Shown here one piece after another: positions 60,801 to 64,000 of a stretch of 64,000 nucleotides of DNA. Position 1 is the stretch's first letter. Every line of letters begins with the position of its first letter. This stretch comes from Pecten maximus. Its lineage: Eukaryota. The stretch covers positions 23,808,001 to 23,872,000 of the forward strand of contig NC_047023.1 of the NCBI RefSeq assembly GCF_902652985.1, given 5' to 3'. Below the pieces are notes generated by a model. It did no database searches. It had not been told where the DNA came from and worked only from the letters and a program-made list of their open reading frames with translations. The position numbers and the translations under genes are program-made.

Positions 60801-62513
60801 CACCTAGGAATGAACGCTAATTTTGTTAGTACCTTCATATAGAGAACCCACAGTGGAAATGTTAATATATTGTTTTAAACGAAATGTTAATTATCCCGAA
60901 ATTGCCCCGGTTCACGACTTATACCCCACTTGATAAACTTCGTAACAGTGTGTTATTGTTTTTGTTTACACATCGCAGCGTTTAACCACGTTAAAAGTCT
61001 CTGATTGGTTGACCGCTGCTTACTTTTACTATCACTTATTCTTTTTATTGTCTGTCAATAAAAAAAATCCAACATGGACACGTTTTAAAGTTAAGTCAAT
61101 GTCCCTAACCGTAGTCAATTTTGAACGAAACGGTCGCGACATCGAAAATACATTCAGGTCTAAGACTTAAACTTTCCTTTCTTTGGTTACATCGGTAGGT
61201 CGGTGTCACTCGGTACGAATATTCTCGAAAAAGGAGAGAGAGAGAGAAAAAAATCCACTTACCTTCATTTCGAATTTATAGCCTCAACGCAAAAATGTAA
61301 AAATCCATTTTGGAACAATTGTCTCGTGTCAGAAAACTGACAAAGAGATTTTGTATAAACACACTGACATTTGAAATACACATATTGCTCAACAATCCAG
61401 TAGGTTTCCGAAATATTTGATGATACATTGTGTCTTGAATAAATAAATTTCAGGATGTACTTTTAACATAATTAACAATGATAGCATACCTACGAAATCC
61501 AGGAGAGGACCGATAATTGAATGAATAGCGATTAGTCAGCTGTAACGTTCGATTTCGGGGTGTCATCTTTTAATATTTGCGCCGAGTTTTAATAATTAAA
61601 CGCACAAAAACAATTATTTTCGAACAGATATTTCATTTTGTAATATTAAATGATTTTTAAAATAATATATTACAAAAGGTATTAGTTGTTCATCTAAAGT
61701 AGATCATAACATTTCCTTCAATACGAACCATAATTTGTGGCTTAGTGATTTCGTTCACAGAATTCCTTGCTACGTTGGGAGAATTTTAACTCCTTAATCT
61801 TACATTAGACCTAGTTAAAAATCATAGGAAAACATGTTCCGCAACAAGTGACAGTTGGTAATTTTATTCATCAAACTCGAGTTAGTTAATTTTCAAGTTT
61901 AGAAAAGACACTTGCTAAAGCCTTTGCTTTTGAAATTTAAATCAATCGAGTTAGATCAACATCAGAAAACAGCTGTTACTTGTTGTAGAACCTCTATCTA
62001 ATGAATTGATACCACTTCATGCAAACGACTAGACTGGCCCCCTGTCTTTAGAATAATAAAATTATAAATAAAATTCAGCTTTATGATTTTGGTCCCTACG
62101 ATATGTCTGATGTGTCTAAGTTTCAAACTAGGGGCAGATAATCTAGTATTACAATTTAGCTTGGCAATTCTTAAAAAAAAAAACCACCAAAAAACCCCAA
62201 CTCAACTTAGGATCTGGAGGCCAGTCTTACAAATACGTATATTCGGTTTGTATACATATTAATACCAAGTCTGTATATTTATTGATAAAATCAACATCCT
62301 ATTGCGTTAACATTACATACGGTAATGAAATCACGTGCTGTTTGCACCGCAGTTTGTATAATCACACGGTATATTTATACACTTGTGTACACGATGCATA
62401 TTCACCTGTTGAATAACATGGTCCACCTGTGTCTCGAAGTCTGTAATGGCCGCAGTTGCACACGTAACATAAACCACTAAGTGTAACAGTCCGAACCAGC
62501 TTGGTGTCGCCAT
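48816..62513 (-). CDS. Secreted beta-lactamase-fold serine hydrolase (gigasin-6/AmpC-like), paralogue B, intact, 531 aa. Exons 62513-62406, 58068-57872, 55740-55570, 55204-54938, 53115-52856, 49408-48816
   Basis: Signal peptide MATPSWFGLLHLVVYVTCATA. PGLAVAVVKNG, SxxK (ASLSK), LLAHTLG, YxN (FMYNN), HTG and a C-terminal YVGTYHNEAYG (DUF3471-like) segment. All GT-AG, phases consistent, 1596 nt. Confidence 0.92.
51294..51355. mobile_element. 62-bp palindromic mini-transposon with 9-bp TSD
   Basis: Perfect 26-bp arms caatctgattaaaatacagatcctaa around a 10-nt loop. CTATAAATG on both sides (51285-51293 and 51356-51364). Confidence 0.85.
55825..56832. repeat. Palindrome-rich minisatellite (~21/42-bp units, tcgtaattacga and cgttataacg) interrupted by a nested element
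   Basis: Arrays at ~55825-56010 and ~56630-56832 share units such as gtaattacgaattagttatctcgttataacgacatagtatgac. Confidence 0.75.
56013..56632. mobile_element. Fold-back non-autonomous element (Crypton-like) with an ~80-bp-arm hairpin and an internal tRNA-like segment
   Basis: Inverted repeat at 56013-56188. Minus-strand A box (tagtcgagtgggttaa) and B box (gagttcgaatcc) at ~56406-56480. Confidence 0.6.
59542..59654. repeat. Fold-back hairpin, ~50-bp arms
   Basis: gtccagaatatttgacacgcggtactggta...tgcac-ttcagcctc-gtgca...taccagtacctcgtgtcaaatattctggac. Confidence 0.8.
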
Positions 62514-62974
62514 CTCGTTGTATATCAGACATGTACAATGTTGTCACGTGGTTGATAAAGTAAATGTGTCACACAGAAAGTTCTCAGGACAGTCAGATTT
62601 GGTGACATACCAGGTCTCACGTTCTCAGCGTAAACAGATACAAAGGTAGCTGGTAGATATTATCTAACAACGCTGTATCGGTGATTCTCAATAAAATTCA
62701 TTTGCTGGAATTGTTATGTATGAGGGTTTTTGTTTAAGTGAGGCATCAATCAATACTCTACAAAGAGTTTGAGATATTAATTCTTATATATTATATTGTT
62801 TTATCAAATCCACAATCTTCAATAGAAGGATCGCTGACAGTCTTTGGCAATGACTATATCTTGGCATGCGTATGCGGTTTTCTGGTTGTAGTTAGGGCGA
62901 TAAACAAACTATTTGTGTCTGGGTTCCGTAAACCAACATAGTCCATTGATTTGCTACTGATACCAACTACGATA

Positions 62975-63590
62975 CTTTACGTATGTATTGTAGTAACCTA
63001 AACACAACATTACGTACTTACTGTAGTTACCTAACACAACGTTACGTGGGTACTGTACATGTAGCTACCTAAACACAACGTTACGTGGGTACTGTAGTTA
63101 CCTAAACACAACGTTACGTGGGTACTGTAGTTACCTAAATATAACGTTACGTGGGTACTGTAGCTACCTAAACACAACGTTACGTGGGTACTGTAGCTAC
63201 CTAAATACAACGTTACGTGTATACTGTAGCTACCTTAACACAACGTTACGTGGGTACTGTAGTTACCTAAACACAACGTTACGTGGGTACTGTATCTACC
63301 TAAACACAACGTTGTACGTGGGTACTGTAGCTACCTAAATACAACGTTACGTGGGTAATGTAGTTACCTAAACACAACGTTACGTGGGTACTGTAGCTAC
63401 CTAAATACAACGTTACGTGGGTAATGTAGTTACCTAAACACAACGTTACGTGGGTACTGTAGTTACCTAAACACAACGTTACGTGGGTACTGTAGTTACC
63501 TAAACACAACGCGTTCCGTGGGTACTGTAGCTACCTAAATATAACGTTAAGTAGACACTGTAGCTAATTTAACACAACGTTACTTACCTA
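62975..63590. repeat. 33-bp minisatellite, about 18 copies
   Basis: Unit aacacaacgttacgtgggtactgtag(c/t)taccta, head-to-tail without spacers. Confidence 0.95.
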
Positions 63591-64000
63591 TTTTTGGTCA
63601 TCATCAACACAAACCCATCAACACAAAGTCCCTTAGCATCATCGTCGAATTATAAAAAAAATGTTGCAATCTAATTCATCTTGGCTCTATTATGTATAAA
63701 GGCGTTTTGTTATAAAAATGTTGTGATATATCCAAGTGCCAATTCTTATAATCAAGTCCCTAACGTTCCCAATAGCATTAATTTGCCGAATATAATACAT
63801 TTTGTACATCTGTTGAGGTGATAACGTTTTTGTAGTATATGTACCTTAAAATACCATTGAGATCAGCCTTCCAAGGTGTAAATAAACCGGAGACAACTCT
63901 GAGTGCAGACAAGATTGAACACAATGAAAATACAAACAGGTATTTCGGAAGGTACGTATTTGATCATTGACTACAACCGTTGTGACTAGCTAGGTGAAGG

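Noticed and set aside
39159-62513. Bacterial contamination or antibiotic-resistance genes
   Set aside because: Both genes have five spliceosomal introns and are embedded in host repeats.
63300-63509. ORF with CLGNYSTHVTL repeats, or a CRISPR array
   Set aside because: It is the translation of a spacer-less 33-bp minisatellite.

Overview
AT-rich eukaryotic genomic DNA with spliceosomal introns. The repeat families and gene types point to a bivalve mollusc (inference). Genes reconstructed exon by exon, left to right: (1) nicotinamide riboside kinase on the minus strand, with its 3' end outside the window; (2) an intronless 89-aa acidic ORF 129 nt upstream of the kinase ATG, on the same strand and in the same frame, with no polyA signal between them, making it a candidate bicistronic/uORF unit and the most interesting feature here; (3) CCDC124, divergently transcribed; (4) a somatomedin-B-domain family-2 (adhesion/Methuselah-like) GPCR with a 1-nt frameshift, plus a 3.46-kb tandem duplicate of its 3' part carrying a nonsense codon; (5) a three-Ig lachesin/amalgam-like gene with no membrane anchor; (6) two tandem secreted beta-lactamase-fold serine hydrolase paralogues with identical internal exon sizes. 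Mobile DNA includes a 3'-truncated Tigger/pogo transposon, many Helentron-type non-autonomous elements, an IS3EU-like MITE with 6-bp TSD, a tRNA-LTR TRIM (Helenus-like), SINEs, fold-back hairpin elements, a 62-bp palindromic insertion with 9-bp TSD and several minisatellites. There is one assembly gap (33627-33782). All coordinates were read by eye and no database search was run.
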